A DNA stretch of 64,000 bases from an uncultured Rhodoferax sp. (GTDB taxonomy: Bacteria > Pseudomonadota > Gammaproteobacteria > Burkholderiales > Burkholderiaceae_C). Positions 49,110 to 58,878 of this stretch are shown one piece after another. The first letter of the stretch is position 1, and each line of letters begins with the position of its first letter. The stretch spans positions 18,445 through 82,444 of the forward strand of contig CAUOXL010000015.1 in assembly GCA_963508575.1 (NCBI GenBank), read 5' to 3'. The position numbers and the translations under genes were made by a program. A model generated the notes under the pieces. It worked only from the letters and a program-made list of their open reading frames with translations. It did not search any database and was not told the DNA's origin.

Positions 49110-49886
49110 CTACAACACAGTCACCGGCAATTGGTATTGCGGAGTGCCCATGAGATCTATGCCACAGGACAGGTTATCCAACCAATCAAGCAATTGGGGG
49201 ATGGCAGCTCCTTGCAATGGCGCCCCGTGCTGAGGCACGATCATCGATATATCCAGTCCTCTCACCATGCGCACCCACAGTTTGAGAATCTTGTTGCTGA
49301 CCATGTAGCGACGGTGAAAGCCGTCCATGCCGGGGGGCATGGGCGACAGGCTGGAGAGTGGTGTAGCTGCGTCCTGGCCACTGAGCATAGAAACGCCCAA
49401 GTCGCCGGAAAACAAGATTTTGCTCACCGGGTCATAAAACTGGAAGTTGCCCTCGGCATGTAGAAAATGTGCGGGCAATAGCCACAACTCGGTCTTGCCG
49501 AAACGGAGTTTGCCGCCCTCATCCGGGATGGGAACAATGCGGTCCTCGGTTTTGCCTATTTTGCAGAAGTGCGGTGCAAACCGCGCCCAGAGCTGCGATA
49601 TCAACAATTTGGCCCGGGTGGAGGTCATCCAACGATCCAAGGAGGCAATGATGTCCGGATCGGCGTGTGAGGCAATGATGTAATCGAGGTGCTGCGGCGC
49701 AATGTATTTGCGCATCGTCAAATTCAACTCGTTGTAGGTCATATTGCCTCCCGGATCGAGGATCAGCCCTTCTTCGTGATCCACGATAAGAAACTGATTG
49801 GCCTGCACTGCCTCGGTCTCCTCGGATACGAGGTCGGTGAACATCACACAGCAGTGATGGGCGTCTTTGTAGAGTTCAACAGCCAT
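49110..49886 (-). CDS. MBL-fold protein (flavodiiron/ODP-like N-terminal domain type)
   Basis: 258 aa; DPGG...IIASHADPD metal-motif region differs from the canonical HxHxDH; ATG at 49886. Confidence 0.65.
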   Translation of the reverse strand: MAVELYKDAHHCCVMFTDLVSEETEAVQANQFLIVDHEEGLILDPGGNMTYNELNLTMRKYIAPQHLDYIIASHADPDIIASLDRWMTSTRAKLLISQLWARFAPHFCKIGKTEDRIVPIPDEGGKLRFGKTELWLLPAHFLHAEGNFQFYDPVSKILFSGDLGVSMLSGQDAATPLSSLSPMPPGMDGFHRRYMVSNKILKLWVRMVRGLDISMIVPQHGAPLQGAAIPQLLDWLDNLSCGIDLMGTPQYQLPVTVL

Positions 49887-49898
49887 ATCGGGGCCCTT

Positions 49899-49925
49899 AA
49901 GCAAAGTGGGCGCCTATGCGCCCAC
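49899..49925 (-). terminator. terminator-like hairpin after the SlyB-like gene
   Basis: Minus strand GTGGGCGC-ATAG-GCGCCCAC followed by TTTGCTT. Confidence 0.5.
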
Positions 49926-49977
49926 ATGTTCCCCAATTGTCAAATCAGCCCGTCACTCGGGCTTTGATTCACATCAA

Positions 49978-50457
49978 TTATTTAGGCGCTTTGCTCACAC
50001 GGACTTTGCCGGCGGTGGTAACGATGATGACCGCATCACCTGCCGCCAATTGCTCCCCGCCCTTGGCTTGGACAATGGATCTGCGATCACCATTGCTTAG
50101 CTGCACCAGAATTTCCACAGCCTCCTCCTTGGTGGACAGGCGTTCTATCGCGTTACCGGCAGCTGCACCAGCCACCGCAGCCAGAACGCCAAGCACCTGT
50201 GCTTCACGCTGGACGCCGCTACCGCCATAGCCACCAATGGCGCCAACCACCCCACCAACCGCAGCGCCGACCCCGGACTGACTTCCATCCACCACCACAT
50301 TTCGCACGGACAAGACCACTGCGTCCTGCACCTGCGCCATGCGTTGCGCTTCACCGCGCTGAATCACATCCGGGCTGCTGCTTGCACACGCCCCCAAGGT
50401 CGCAACCACGAGGGCTGTAGCGCCCCATCTCATTACCATATTCATAGTTTTCTCCAT
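49978..50457 (-). CDS. glycine-zipper outer-membrane lipoprotein (SlyB-like)
   Basis: Lipobox TLGAC; glycine zipper GVGAAVGGVVGAIGGYGG; overall layout like E. coli SlyB. Confidence 0.7.
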   Translation of the reverse strand: MEKTMNMVMRWGATALVVATLGACASSSPDVIQRGEAQRMAQVQDAVVLSVRNVVVDGSQSGVGAAVGGVVGAIGGYGGSGVQREAQVLGVLAAVAGAAAGNAIERLSTKEEAVEILVQLSNGDRRSIVQAKGGEQLAAGDAVIIVTTAGKVRVSKAPK

Positions 50458-50487
50458 ATGCGGATATTTGGCTCCTGAACTAACGCA

Positions 50488-51402
50488 TCAAAGCACTGTT
50501 CCGTTGTCCACGGTATTGTCGTGCGGCAACGTAAACCGCGTGTCAAGCAAGGCTGTTAAGCCAAACTCCCCGAGAATAGCGCGCAAGCGCTCTCCCGCTG
50601 CGCGTTTTTTCTGACCGGTATAACGCGCCAATATCAACTCATTCTTCATGCTGTGCTCCCAGCCCACCAGTTCAGTCACGGTCACCTGATAACCATGAGC
50701 TTCCAGATAAAGGCAACGCAGTACATTGGTTAGTTGGCTGCCCATTTCTCGCGTGTGCAATGGATGGCGCCAGAGTTCTGCCAACGGGGTTCGCGTCAAA
50801 TTCATCGCCTTGTTGCAATTCAAATGGCGGGCAACTTCTGCTTGGCAACAAGGCACGAGTACAAACGCCCGCGCCCTCTTCTCCAAGCCAAATGCAATGG
50901 CATCATCGGTCGCGGTATCGCAAGCATGCAAGGCCGTGACGACATCAAAGTGGGACGGAAGCTCTTGCAGTCCAGTTGACTCGGCTACGCTCACATTCAA
51001 AAAGCTCATGCGGTGGAAGTGGAGTTTGGCGGCCAGCGCCTGCGACCGCTCCACCAGTTCAGCACGGGTTTCGATTCCGTACAAGTGACTACCCGGGAGG
51101 TCCTTGAAATACAAGTCGTAAAGAATGAAACCGAGGTAAGACTTGCCTGCTCCATGGTCTGCCAACGTGAAGCTCCCCCCTTCTGCAACCGGAAGTTCAT
51201 TCATCAGTTTTTCAATGAACTGATAGAGGTGATACACCTGCTTGAGCTTGCGGCGGGAATCCTGATTCAACTTGCCGTCGCGCGTGAGGATGTGCAATTC
51301 TTTGAGGAGATCCACCGATTGGCCGGTGCGTATTTCCGGCGCAACCTGCTCAGAGGGTGTAGCGCCGCCGACTTTCGCAGTCTGTGTTTTATTTTTCTTC
51401 AT
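50488..51402 (-). CDS. class I SAM-dependent methyltransferase
   Basis: Motif I LADHGAGKSYLG; 304 aa; ATGA overlap with the DUF1415 gene. Confidence 0.7.
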   Translation of the reverse strand: MKKNKTQTAKVGGATPSEQVAPEIRTGQSVDLLKELHILTRDGKLNQDSRRKLKQVYHLYQFIEKLMNELPVAEGGSFTLADHGAGKSYLGFILYDLYFKDLPGSHLYGIETRAELVERSQALAAKLHFHRMSFLNVSVAESTGLQELPSHFDVVTALHACDTATDDAIAFGLEKRARAFVLVPCCQAEVARHLNCNKAMNLTRTPLAELWRHPLHTREMGSQLTNVLRCLYLEAHGYQVTVTELVGWEHSMKNELILARYTGQKKRAAGERLRAILGEFGLTALLDTRFTLPHDNTVDNGTVL

Positions 51403-52004
51403 TCGATGTTGGCGCCCAGTCCCAGAGGCGCTTTGTCCGGACCGACTTGCAAAGCCGCCCAGCCCTCGAGGCCCAGCTTCTGCAATGTGGCAATGTTCTT
51501 TTCGTAAATTTGTTCGGCTGCGGGAAATGCTTCTACCGCCTTGTCGATACTGGCTTCCCGAAGGAGATGGAGCGTCGGATAAGGCGCTCGGTTGGTGAAG
51601 TTGCCGATGTCATCGGGTTCAGCGTCTGCAAACTGGAAGTCGGGATGAAAGCTGGCGATCTGCAGCTCCCCATCTAGCTTCAATTTGCGGAGTGCCTTGT
51701 CTGCGGCATACAAGAAATCGTTGAAGTCCACAAAGTCCACTAGCGCATCTGGAAGCATAAGAAGCGTGGTATCGCGCACCTGCGGATCAGCATTAGCGAG
51801 GCCCAGTAGCTCTTCGCGAAGCACGTCTAACGCATCAGCGGGCTCGGTCGCTCGACACACCACGTAATGCACTTGGTTTTTGACGTGCACGGCTTTGGCA
51901 AAAGGGCACAAGTTGAGGGCGATGACCGCCCGCTCCAACCAAGCTTGCATGGCCCGGATCACCGCCTCATCGGAGCTGGACTGCCAATTTCCTCGCTCAG
52001 ACAT
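51399..52004 (-). CDS. DUF1415-family protein
   Basis: 201 aa; ...WLERAVIALNLCPFAKAV... as I recall for DUF1415; 8-nt overlap with the dgt stop. Confidence 0.55.
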   Translation of the reverse strand: MSERGNWQSSSDEAVIRAMQAWLERAVIALNLCPFAKAVHVKNQVHYVVCRATEPADALDVLREELLGLANADPQVRDTTLLMLPDALVDFVDFNDFLYAADKALRKLKLDGELQIASFHPDFQFADAEPDDIGNFTNRAPYPTLHLLREASIDKAVEAFPAAEQIYEKNIATLQKLGLEGWAALQVGPDKAPLGLGANIE

Positions 52005-53196
52005 GGAACAACCTCCGTCCGGTCAGGCGCTCATGCTCACGCAAGGCGAACCGGTCCGTCATACCAGCAATGTAGTCACTCACCTGGCGGTGAAGCGATG
52101 GCTCATTATTGGTGTCATCATCGTGGCGCATTTCGGCAGGCGACGCCACATAGGCATCAAACAACTCCCCCACAACACACTTGGCCTTGTCCATGGTATC
52201 CATCACTTGGTCATGCCGGTATAGATGCTTGAACAAAAAGTGCTTAAGCTGCCGCGTTTGGGCGCGCATGTCATCGGAAAATAACACCAGTGCAGGTGCC
52301 GCACGCACTTCACTTACGTTTTGCGGCTTCACGGTATCCAACTGGGCACGGGTTGCAGCTAAAACGTCGTACACCATGTCGCTGAGCATGAGGCGTATGG
52401 TTTCGTAGAGCCAGCGCCGCTGCTTTTTGGCGTGGGCCAATGCTGGCTGGTGACGGACAGCCTCCTCTGCATATTTTTGGAACAAAGGCATTTCCAGCAT
52501 CTGGTCCATACTGAGCAGCCCCGACCGGACCCCGTCATCAATATCGTGGCAGTTGTAGGCAATTTCATCGGCCAGATTACAGAGTTGGGCCTCCAGGCTC
52601 GGTTGTCCACCGTACAAGAAGCGCTGGGCAACACCGCCACTTTGCCCTGGATAGGTCACTTCCAATAGCTCCAATCTAGCCGCATTGGTTTTTGAGCAAT
52701 GCTTCAGAATGCCCTCACGGGACTCAAAGCAGAGATTTAGTCCGTCAAATCCGGGATAGCGAGCTTCGAGGTGGTCCACAACCCGGAGGCTTTGTAAATT
52801 ATGTTCAAAGCCGCCATGAGCAGACATGCATTCGTGCAAAGCGTCTTGCCCAGCATGGCCGAAGGGCGTGTGCCCCAAGTCGTGTGCCAAGGCAATGGTT
52901 TCCACCAGATCCTCATTCAAGCCCAAAGTCCTCGCCATGGAGCGCCCTAGTTGCGCAACCTCCAGAGAGTGTGTCAGGCGAGTCCTGAACAGGTCACCCT
53001 CGTGGTTGATGAAGACTTGGGTTTTGTAAACCAAGCGGCGGAATGCCGTGGAGTGCACGATCCGGTCCCGGTCGCGCTGAAAAGGCGTGCGCGTAGGCGC
53101 CGCAGATTCCGGATAGCGCCGGCCCCGGCTGTGTTCCGGCAAACAGGCGTAGGGCTGTGGATTTAGCATCATTTCGGCACTTTGCGCTCTATCCAT
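51997..53196 (-). CDS. dgt: dGTP triphosphohydrolase-like HD-domain protein
   Basis: HD motif LAHDLGHTPFGH. The first ATG (53196) lies in a family-1 repeat copy, so the true start may be 53172 or 53169 (MMLNPQ). Confidence 0.85.
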   Translation of the reverse strand: MDRAQSAEMMLNPQPYACLPEHSRGRRYPESAAPTRTPFQRDRDRIVHSTAFRRLVYKTQVFINHEGDLFRTRLTHSLEVAQLGRSMARTLGLNEDLVETIALAHDLGHTPFGHAGQDALHECMSAHGGFEHNLQSLRVVDHLEARYPGFDGLNLCFESREGILKHCSKTNAARLELLEVTYPGQSGGVAQRFLYGGQPSLEAQLCNLADEIAYNCHDIDDGVRSGLLSMDQMLEMPLFQKYAEEAVRHQPALAHAKKQRRWLYETIRLMLSDMVYDVLAATRAQLDTVKPQNVSEVRAAPALVLFSDDMRAQTRQLKHFLFKHLYRHDQVMDTMDKAKCVVGELFDAYVASPAEMRHDDDTNNEPSLHRQVSDYIAGMTDRFALREHERLTGRRLFHV

Positions 53197-53224
53197 GTGC
53201 GCAATACGCTATATCTTTGATAGC
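53176..53224 (-). repeat. family-1 interspersed repeat, partial copy D
   Basis: Reverse complement GCTAT-CAAAGAT-ATAGC-GTATT-GCGCACATGGATAGAGCGC-AAAGTGCC; lies between aroB and dgt. Confidence 0.55.
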
Positions 53225-53226
53225 AA

Positions 53227-54333
53227 TCAAGCACAACAAACGTCAATGACCTCACGGACCATGGCATCGGGAGCTCCCCGCATCACCGCCTTACCCGGGC
53301 CGTCAATCAACACAAAGCGGATCTCTCCGGCCTCTGACTTTTTGTCATGACGCATGAGCTCGACATATCGCCCGGCATTGTCCTGGACATCTAACTGTGG
53401 GCCGCGCACTGGTAAGCCTGCGGACGCAATGATGCGCGTGAGCCGTTCGACAAAGACCGAATCCACCAATCCTAAACGCAGCGAGAGATGGGCAGCCATG
53501 ACCATGCCACAACCGACGGCTTCGCCATGCAGCCATTCACCATACCCCAATCCGGCTTCGATCGCATGTCCGAAGGTGTGACCAAAATTTAATATGGCAC
53601 GTAGCCCAGACTCTCGCTCGTCCTGCCCTACGACCCATGCCTTGAGCTCACAACTGCGCTTCACCGCATGAGCAAGCGCCTGAGAATCTAGCTGGACTAA
53701 ACGGTCCATATGACGCTCAATCCAGTCCAGAAACTCCATATCGGCAATCGGGCCGTACTTGATCACCTCCGCCAAACCGGCGCTGACTTCTCTCGCAGGG
53801 AGAGTTTTTAGTGCATCGAGATCACACACCACCAGCTGCGGTTGGTAAAAGGCCCCAACCATATTCTTGCCAAGTGGATGATTGATTCCGGTTTTCCCCC
53901 CCACCGAAGAATCAACCTGCGCCAGTAGTGTGGTGGGCACCTGTACAAACGGAATGCCACGCATGTAACTTGCAGCGGCGAAACCCGTCATATCCCCGAC
54001 GACCCCTCCTCCCAAAGCAAACAACACTGTTTTCCGGTCGCAGGTGTTTTCCAGCAAAGCATCAAAAATCAGATTCAACGTTTCCCAATGCTTGTGGGAC
54101 TCACCATCAGGGAGTTCAAGAATAAGTACCTTGGAGTAGCGTGTACTCAACGCCGCCTTCAGACTCGCTGCATACAACGGGGCAACGCATGTGTTGCTCA
54201 CGATGACAGCCGCATTACCTTTGGGCAAGTCGGAGAACGTTTCGGGGTTGCTGAGCAGCCGGACACCTATCTGAATAGGGTAGCTACGCTCTGCCAAAGA
54301 AATATGAACGATTTGGTGCGCCTGGATTGTCAT
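53227..54333 (-). CDS. aroB: 3-dehydroquinate synthase
   Basis: 368 aa; [14 protein letters not shown] and HGEAV motifs. Confidence 0.95.
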   Translation of the reverse strand: MTIQAHQIVHISLAERSYPIQIGVRLLSNPETFSDLPKGNAAVIVSNTCVAPLYAASLKAALSTRYSKVLILELPDGESHKHWETLNLIFDALLENTCDRKTVLFALGGGVVGDMTGFAAASYMRGIPFVQVPTTLLAQVDSSVGGKTGINHPLGKNMVGAFYQPQLVVCDLDALKTLPAREVSAGLAEVIKYGPIADMEFLDWIERHMDRLVQLDSQALAHAVKRSCELKAWVVGQDERESGLRAILNFGHTFGHAIEAGLGYGEWLHGEAVGCGMVMAAHLSLRLGLVDSVFVERLTRIIASAGLPVRGPQLDVQDNAGRYVELMRHDKKSEAGEIRFVLIDGPGKAVMRGAPDAMVREVIDVCCA

Positions 54334-54365
54334 AGCCCCTTAGTTTAGGGCCTGTGAACGAAAGG

Positions 54366-54905
54366 TCACCCGGACGACGACGCTGGAGAGGGAAATTCGC
54401 CCGAAAGCTCAAGCTGCATCACGATCATATTGACCAACGTAGCTACAGATGGCCTTCCGGTTTCCAAGACAAAATGTGCAGTTTCTCGGTACAAAGGATC
54501 GCGAACTGTGAACATTTCCCGGATACGGGCCAAGGGATCCGCCACTTGAAGCAAAGGTCTGCTGACATCATGACGAAGCCGACGGAATAGCTCCTCAGGC
54601 GAAGACTTCAAATACACCACCTTTCCACGCGAATGAAGGTGTAACCGGTTGTTGGCCCGCAGCACCGCGCCGCCACCCGTTGAGAGAATACCCAAAGACT
54701 TGAGGGAGAGGCTGTCGAGAACCTCTTCTTCGACATCACGAAACCGCTCCTCACCATTGCGATCAAAGTACTCCCGGATCGAACATCCGATCTTCTCTTC
54801 AATCACATGGTCAGAGTCTGTAAACGGCAGCCCCAAACGACGGGCCAACTGGCGGCCCACTGTAGTCTTCCCTGAGCCAGGAAGACCGACAAGACTGATA
54901 TTCAA
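54366..54905 (-). CDS. aroK: shikimate kinase
   Basis: P-loop GLPGSGKTTVG; pilQ-aroK-aroB order. Confidence 0.92.
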   Translation of the reverse strand: MNISLVGLPGSGKTTVGRQLARRLGLPFTDSDHVIEEKIGCSIREYFDRNGEERFRDVEEEVLDSLSLKSLGILSTGGGAVLRANNRLHLHSRGKVVYLKSSPEELFRRLRHDVSRPLLQVADPLARIREMFTVRDPLYRETAHFVLETGRPSVATLVNMIVMQLELSGEFPSPASSSG

Positions 54906-54933
54906 GTGCTAGATCCCTTAATCTGGATCATTT

Positions 54934-57009
54934 CTATCGGCCGACCACTTTGTCAGCAATGACTTTAGGGGTAATAAAAAGCAGCATCTCTTGCTTGCTT
55001 ATCGCCTTCACATTGCTGCGAAACAGCACCCCTATTCCAGGCAAATCTCCGAAGAAAGGAACTTTAGTGGTTTCATCTGTCGAGGTTTCAGTAAAAATAC
55101 CGCCGATCACCACAGTCCCACCATTTTCGACAAGAACTTGCGTCAAGACATGTTTGGTGTTAATCGAGTAACCCGCTGTCGTAAGCCGGCCAATCGTATC
55201 TTTGGTGATATCCAAGGACAAAATAATATTTCCTTCAGGAGTGATTTGGGGCGTGACTTCAAGTTTGAGGTTCGCCTTCCTAAAGGCAATTGAAGTTGCA
55301 CCACTGGATGACGCCACCTGATATGGAAACTCTTCACCTTGTTCAATAAGTGCCTTGATCTGATCTGCCGTCACCACACGGGGACTTGAAACAATCTTTC
55401 CCTTGCCTTCTGATTCAAGCGCCTGAATTTCCAAATTCAAGAACCTGTCTGCACCTGCACCAAACACCGAGACAGCAAAGGAACCGGCTGAGCTAGCGAT
55501 CGGCAAATTAACAAAGTTCCCTGAGGTTGTCCCGGAAGACCCAGCCGTATAAGACGAACCAAGAGAAACACCCGGCCTGTCACCACTAGCACCTCCTGTA
55601 ACACCCCCGCCCAATTTCACGCCCAGCGACTTTCCGAAACTATCGGAGGCCTCGACGATCCTCGCTTCGATCAACACCTGCCGGACGGCTATGTCGATCT
55701 TGGCAATCAGCTGCTGCACTTGCTCCAGCTTGCTTGGAATATCTGTAACGAACAGTTGATTGGTACGGGTCTCGAAAATGACACTGCCCCTAGAACTCAA
55801 AATACGGCTAGCCGTTACACCTTGGCCAGCCCCAGACCCCGCGGCGATGAGGCCTGCAGCAATATCTGCCGCCTTACCATAGTTAATCTGAAAGGCTTGT
55901 GTCCGCAAAGGCTCCAGATTCTGCACGGCAACAACCGTTTCCAAATCCAGCTTCTCTTTGGACGCTATTTCGTCTTTCGGTGCAACCCACAACACATTTC
56001 CAGTTTTCCGCATTCCAAGACCCTTGGCCTGCAAAATAATGTCAAGGGCCTGATCCCAGGGAACATCCTGTAATCTCAACGTTACGGAACCAGACACCGA
56101 GTCAGAGGTGACGATGTTAAAGTTCGTGAAATCTGCAATAACCTGCAATAGTGAACGGACTTCAATGTTCTGGAAGTTCAGCGACAATTTTTGCCCGTTA
56201 TATCCAATGCCTTGGGTTAATTTTTTGGGATCAACTTTTATTTCTTTGATTTCTACGACAAATTGTTCGTCACTTTGGTAGGCACTATGTTCCCACTGGC
56301 CATGGGGCTCAATAACCATCCTCACGCGGTCACCGGACTGCGTTGTAGAAACAGTTTTAACAGGTGTCCCGAAATCAGTGACGTCCAGTCTGCGACGTAA
56401 ACCTTCAGGCAAGCTTGACTTCATGAACTCGACAACAAGGCCTTGACCTTGTTGCCGGATATCTACTCCGACTTGACTATTGGGTAAGGTCACAACCACT
56501 TTACCGGTGCCATCACTACCACGACGAAAATCAATATCTTTCAGCGGAGCAGACACCCGGCTTGAGGTTTCTGCAAATGCATTGACGGGCTTTGCATTCG
56601 CCAGATCCCCGGTTTCCAGCCATACCAAGAGTGATTTGCCTTGAATCTCTGCCTTGTATGCAGATGCCTGCTTCAAGTTGAGCACCACACGTGTACGCTC
56701 ACCTGCCTGAACAACACTGACGGACTTCAAATTACCTTGATTCACTTCCACCGTGGAACGCCCCATCGCATTGGAAACACCCGGAAAATCCAGCGCAATA
56801 CGTGCAGGTGATTGAATAGCGAATCCGGTGGGAAGCTTGGTCAAGGGTTGCGAAAGATCAATCCGTAATACTTCACTGCCTGCCTGCACAGATCCGGATA
56901 CACCCTCGATCGACGTCTGCGCGAAAACAGTTTGACCGATCATCAGAAATAAAACCAAGCCGATTTTTCTTAACATGCGCATTCCACTTAAATAATTTCG
57001 GTTTGTCAT
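54934..57009 (-). CDS. pilQ: type IV pilus secretin PilQ
   Basis: 691 aa; N-terminal AMIN-like repeats and a C-terminal secretin domain (...VPFFGDLPGIGVLFR...). ATG at 57009 forms an ATGA overlap with the pilP stop. Confidence 0.92.
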   Translation of the reverse strand: MTNRNYLSGMRMLRKIGLVLFLMIGQTVFAQTSIEGVSGSVQAGSEVLRIDLSQPLTKLPTGFAIQSPARIALDFPGVSNAMGRSTVEVNQGNLKSVSVVQAGERTRVVLNLKQASAYKAEIQGKSLLVWLETGDLANAKPVNAFAETSSRVSAPLKDIDFRRGSDGTGKVVVTLPNSQVGVDIRQQGQGLVVEFMKSSLPEGLRRRLDVTDFGTPVKTVSTTQSGDRVRMVIEPHGQWEHSAYQSDEQFVVEIKEIKVDPKKLTQGIGYNGQKLSLNFQNIEVRSLLQVIADFTNFNIVTSDSVSGSVTLRLQDVPWDQALDIILQAKGLGMRKTGNVLWVAPKDEIASKEKLDLETVVAVQNLEPLRTQAFQINYGKAADIAAGLIAAGSGAGQGVTASRILSSRGSVIFETRTNQLFVTDIPSKLEQVQQLIAKIDIAVRQVLIEARIVEASDSFGKSLGVKLGGGVTGGASGDRPGVSLGSSYTAGSSGTTSGNFVNLPIASSAGSFAVSVFGAGADRFLNLEIQALESEGKGKIVSSPRVVTADQIKALIEQGEEFPYQVASSSGATSIAFRKANLKLEVTPQITPEGNIILSLDITKDTIGRLTTAGYSINTKHVLTQVLVENGGTVVIGGIFTETSTDETTKVPFFGDLPGIGVLFRSNVKAISKQEMLLFITPKVIADKVVGR

Positions 57010-57548
57010 TTCAACCCCTCTTGCAAGTCGAGGGTTGCAGGCCGCTCGATCCATTCACCCACGGCATCCTGAACGATCTCCCTGAGCGTCAGTTGAGTTT
57101 CCGTGATCTTCACAACCTTGCCATAGTTTTGTCCGAGATAACTGCCGAGTTTGACTTGATACAACAGGTTATCGACTTTGACCAAGGCAACCGGCTGCCC
57201 CGACTTCGTCAGATTCCCTACAAGCGACATCGTATCCAAGGGGAACGCTTCCAAAGGCTCCTTGCGACGGGCCAACTCAGGTGCCACCAGAGCCCCGTTC
57301 GTGACAGCCTGTGCCGACTCCCTCTTCAACGCCTGGGTTAACTTGACACTGCTAAAGGGCTCAACTGCAGCCGAACTGGCGTAAGCCTCGGGAACGAATT
57401 GTTTGGGGGCAGGAATTGGGACAATCTTGGGATGAGTTTGATTCCGTTCCTGGACAATCCATTCACGCAAATCATCCTCGCTGCTCGAGCCGCAAGCACC
57501 CAACAAGATAACAGAGGAAAGACAAAGCAAGCCAAACAGTCGCTTCAT
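57006..57548 (-). CDS. pilP: type IV pilus lipoprotein PilP
   Basis: Lipobox LLGAC; 180 aa; position between pilO and pilQ. Confidence 0.78.
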   Translation of the reverse strand: MKRLFGLLCLSSVILLGACGSSSEDDLREWIVQERNQTHPKIVPIPAPKQFVPEAYASSAAVEPFSSVKLTQALKRESAQAVTNGALVAPELARRKEPLEAFPLDTMSLVGNLTKSGQPVALVKVDNLLYQVKLGSYLGQNYGKVVKITETQLTLREIVQDAVGEWIERPATLDLQEGLK

Positions 57549-58210
57549 TTTTTGGCTCCAGTCGCCTTACGCTGCGCCTGCACCTCATCAGGATCCAAGT
57601 AACGGAATGTTTTCGCGGTCGAATCCAAGATCAACGTGCCATCCTGCCGAGGGGATAAGGACAAGTTATTCAAAGTAACGATGCGGGACAGATTCGCAAT
57701 ATCGGAAGCAAAACTACCAATATCGTGGTACTTACCAGTCACACGGATAGTAATTGGCAACTCAGCATAATATTCCTTAACTTCAACCTGCCCTGGACGA
57801 AACAACTCGAACTGCAGACTCCGGCCAATACCTGCTTGGTTAATATCGGAGAGCAACGCATCCATCTCTGCCTTGCTGGGCAGTTGCTTTTCGAGCTGGG
57901 TTACATACTGCTGCACTTGTTCGCGTTGCTTTTTCAAAGCATCGAGATTTACGGCTTTCACCAACTTCTTCTTGTAATCCTCGCGCAAGGTGACCTCTTT
58001 GTCTTGTTCAAGCTGGAGCGTTTCTTGAGAACCACTGAGCCAAACAAACCACAAGAAAAGCACAATGGCAAGCACCGTGAAGGCAAACAGGGCATAGCGG
58101 GGCACTACCGGCCAAAGCGATGGGTCTTTAGGGTCAAGATCACGAAACTGCGAAGCAAGCTGCTGCTGCAGTGCACCAAAATCAAATGAAGTGTTAAAAC
58201 TCTTTGCCAT
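57545..58210 (-). CDS. pilO: type IV pilus alignment protein PilO
   Basis: 221 aa, single TM plus coiled coil; operon position. Confidence 0.8.
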   Translation of the reverse strand: MAKSFNTSFDFGALQQQLASQFRDLDPKDPSLWPVVPRYALFAFTVLAIVLFLWFVWLSGSQETLQLEQDKEVTLREDYKKKLVKAVNLDALKKQREQVQQYVTQLEKQLPSKAEMDALLSDINQAGIGRSLQFELFRPGQVEVKEYYAELPITIRVTGKYHDIGSFASDIANLSRIVTLNNLSLSPRQDGTLILDSTAKTFRYLDPDEVQAQRKATGAKK

Positions 58211-58221
58211 ACATGCCTAAT

Positions 58222-58878
58222 CTAGGGTTTGGCCAGAACAGCAGACGCTGGCGATGTAGGACTGCTGGCAGAAGGCAGTGCGGGTACCACAGGCTTCACA
58301 GACAGCGCTTCTGCTTCACTGGCACGCATAAGCTTCACCCTGATCGTGAAGTTGTAGACGCGCTTCTGCTCCTTGGGAGAAATTGCTGCTGTGCCGGAAG
58401 TAATTTCAATCAACTCCGGTTTGCTAAACCACGGTGTTTGACTGGAAAGATTACGAAGCAACTCAGAAACCCGCTCATTGGATTGCGCAATCCCCGCCAG
58501 CGTCACTTGCTGTTCCTGCTGTGACATTTTGTTGATATAGACCCCATCAGGCAATTGATTGACCAATTCAGTCAAGAGATGCACAGGCAAGTTGCGATCT
58601 GACTGAAGGTCCTCAACGGCTTGCTGGCGAGCCCTCAGGGCCGCGATCTCAGCTTCCAGTGTCGCAATATCCTTGATTTGACCTTCCAGTTTCTGAATTT
58701 CAGTTTCCAAAACAAAGTTATTGCTTTGCTGCTGAGCGATGGCAGCCTGATACCAAAGGAATACGAATCCAGCGATCAAGCCACCTATCAGTGCAGAAGC
58801 ACCCAACGTAAGATTAAAGATCTCCTTGCGGCGTTTTCGTGCTGCTTCACGATGCGGCAACAGGTTAATCAGAATCAT
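58222..58878 (-). CDS. pilN: type IV pilus alignment protein PilN
   Basis: N-terminus MILINLLPHREAARKRRKE, typical of PilN. Confidence 0.85.
   Translation of the reverse strand: MILINLLPHREAARKRRKEIFNLTLGASALIGGLIAGFVFLWYQAAIAQQQSNNFVLETEIQKLEGQIKDIATLEAEIAALRARQQAVEDLQSDRNLPVHLLTELVNQLPDGVYINKMSQQEQQVTLAGIAQSNERVSELLRNLSSQTPWFSKPELIEITSGTAAISPKEQKRVYNFTIRVKLMRASEAEALSVKPVVPALPSASSPTSPASAVLAKP

Noticed and set aside
49110-49886. MBL-fold protein as a beta-lactamase resistance gene
   Set aside because: No signal peptide. The metal motif reads SHADPD rather than HxHxDH. The overall sequence resembles cytoplasmic flavodiiron/ODP-type domains instead.
51997-53196. dGTPase-like gene as an anti-phage dNTP-depletion defence gene
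   Set aside because: It sits in a conserved housekeeping context (aroK-aroB-dgt). No defence-island neighbours, mobile-element markers or compositional shift are visible.
20260-53224. Could the family-1 repeats be a CRISPR array or CRISPR remnants?
   Set aside because: The copies are dispersed many kb apart, occur in both orientations, are 50-70 nt long with variable loops, and are not separated by regular spacers. No cas genes are present.
57010-57054. Longer PilQ start at 57054
   Set aside because: It would overlap pilP by 49 nt. The ATG at 57009 gives an ATGA junction and a sensible signal-peptide-like N-terminus.
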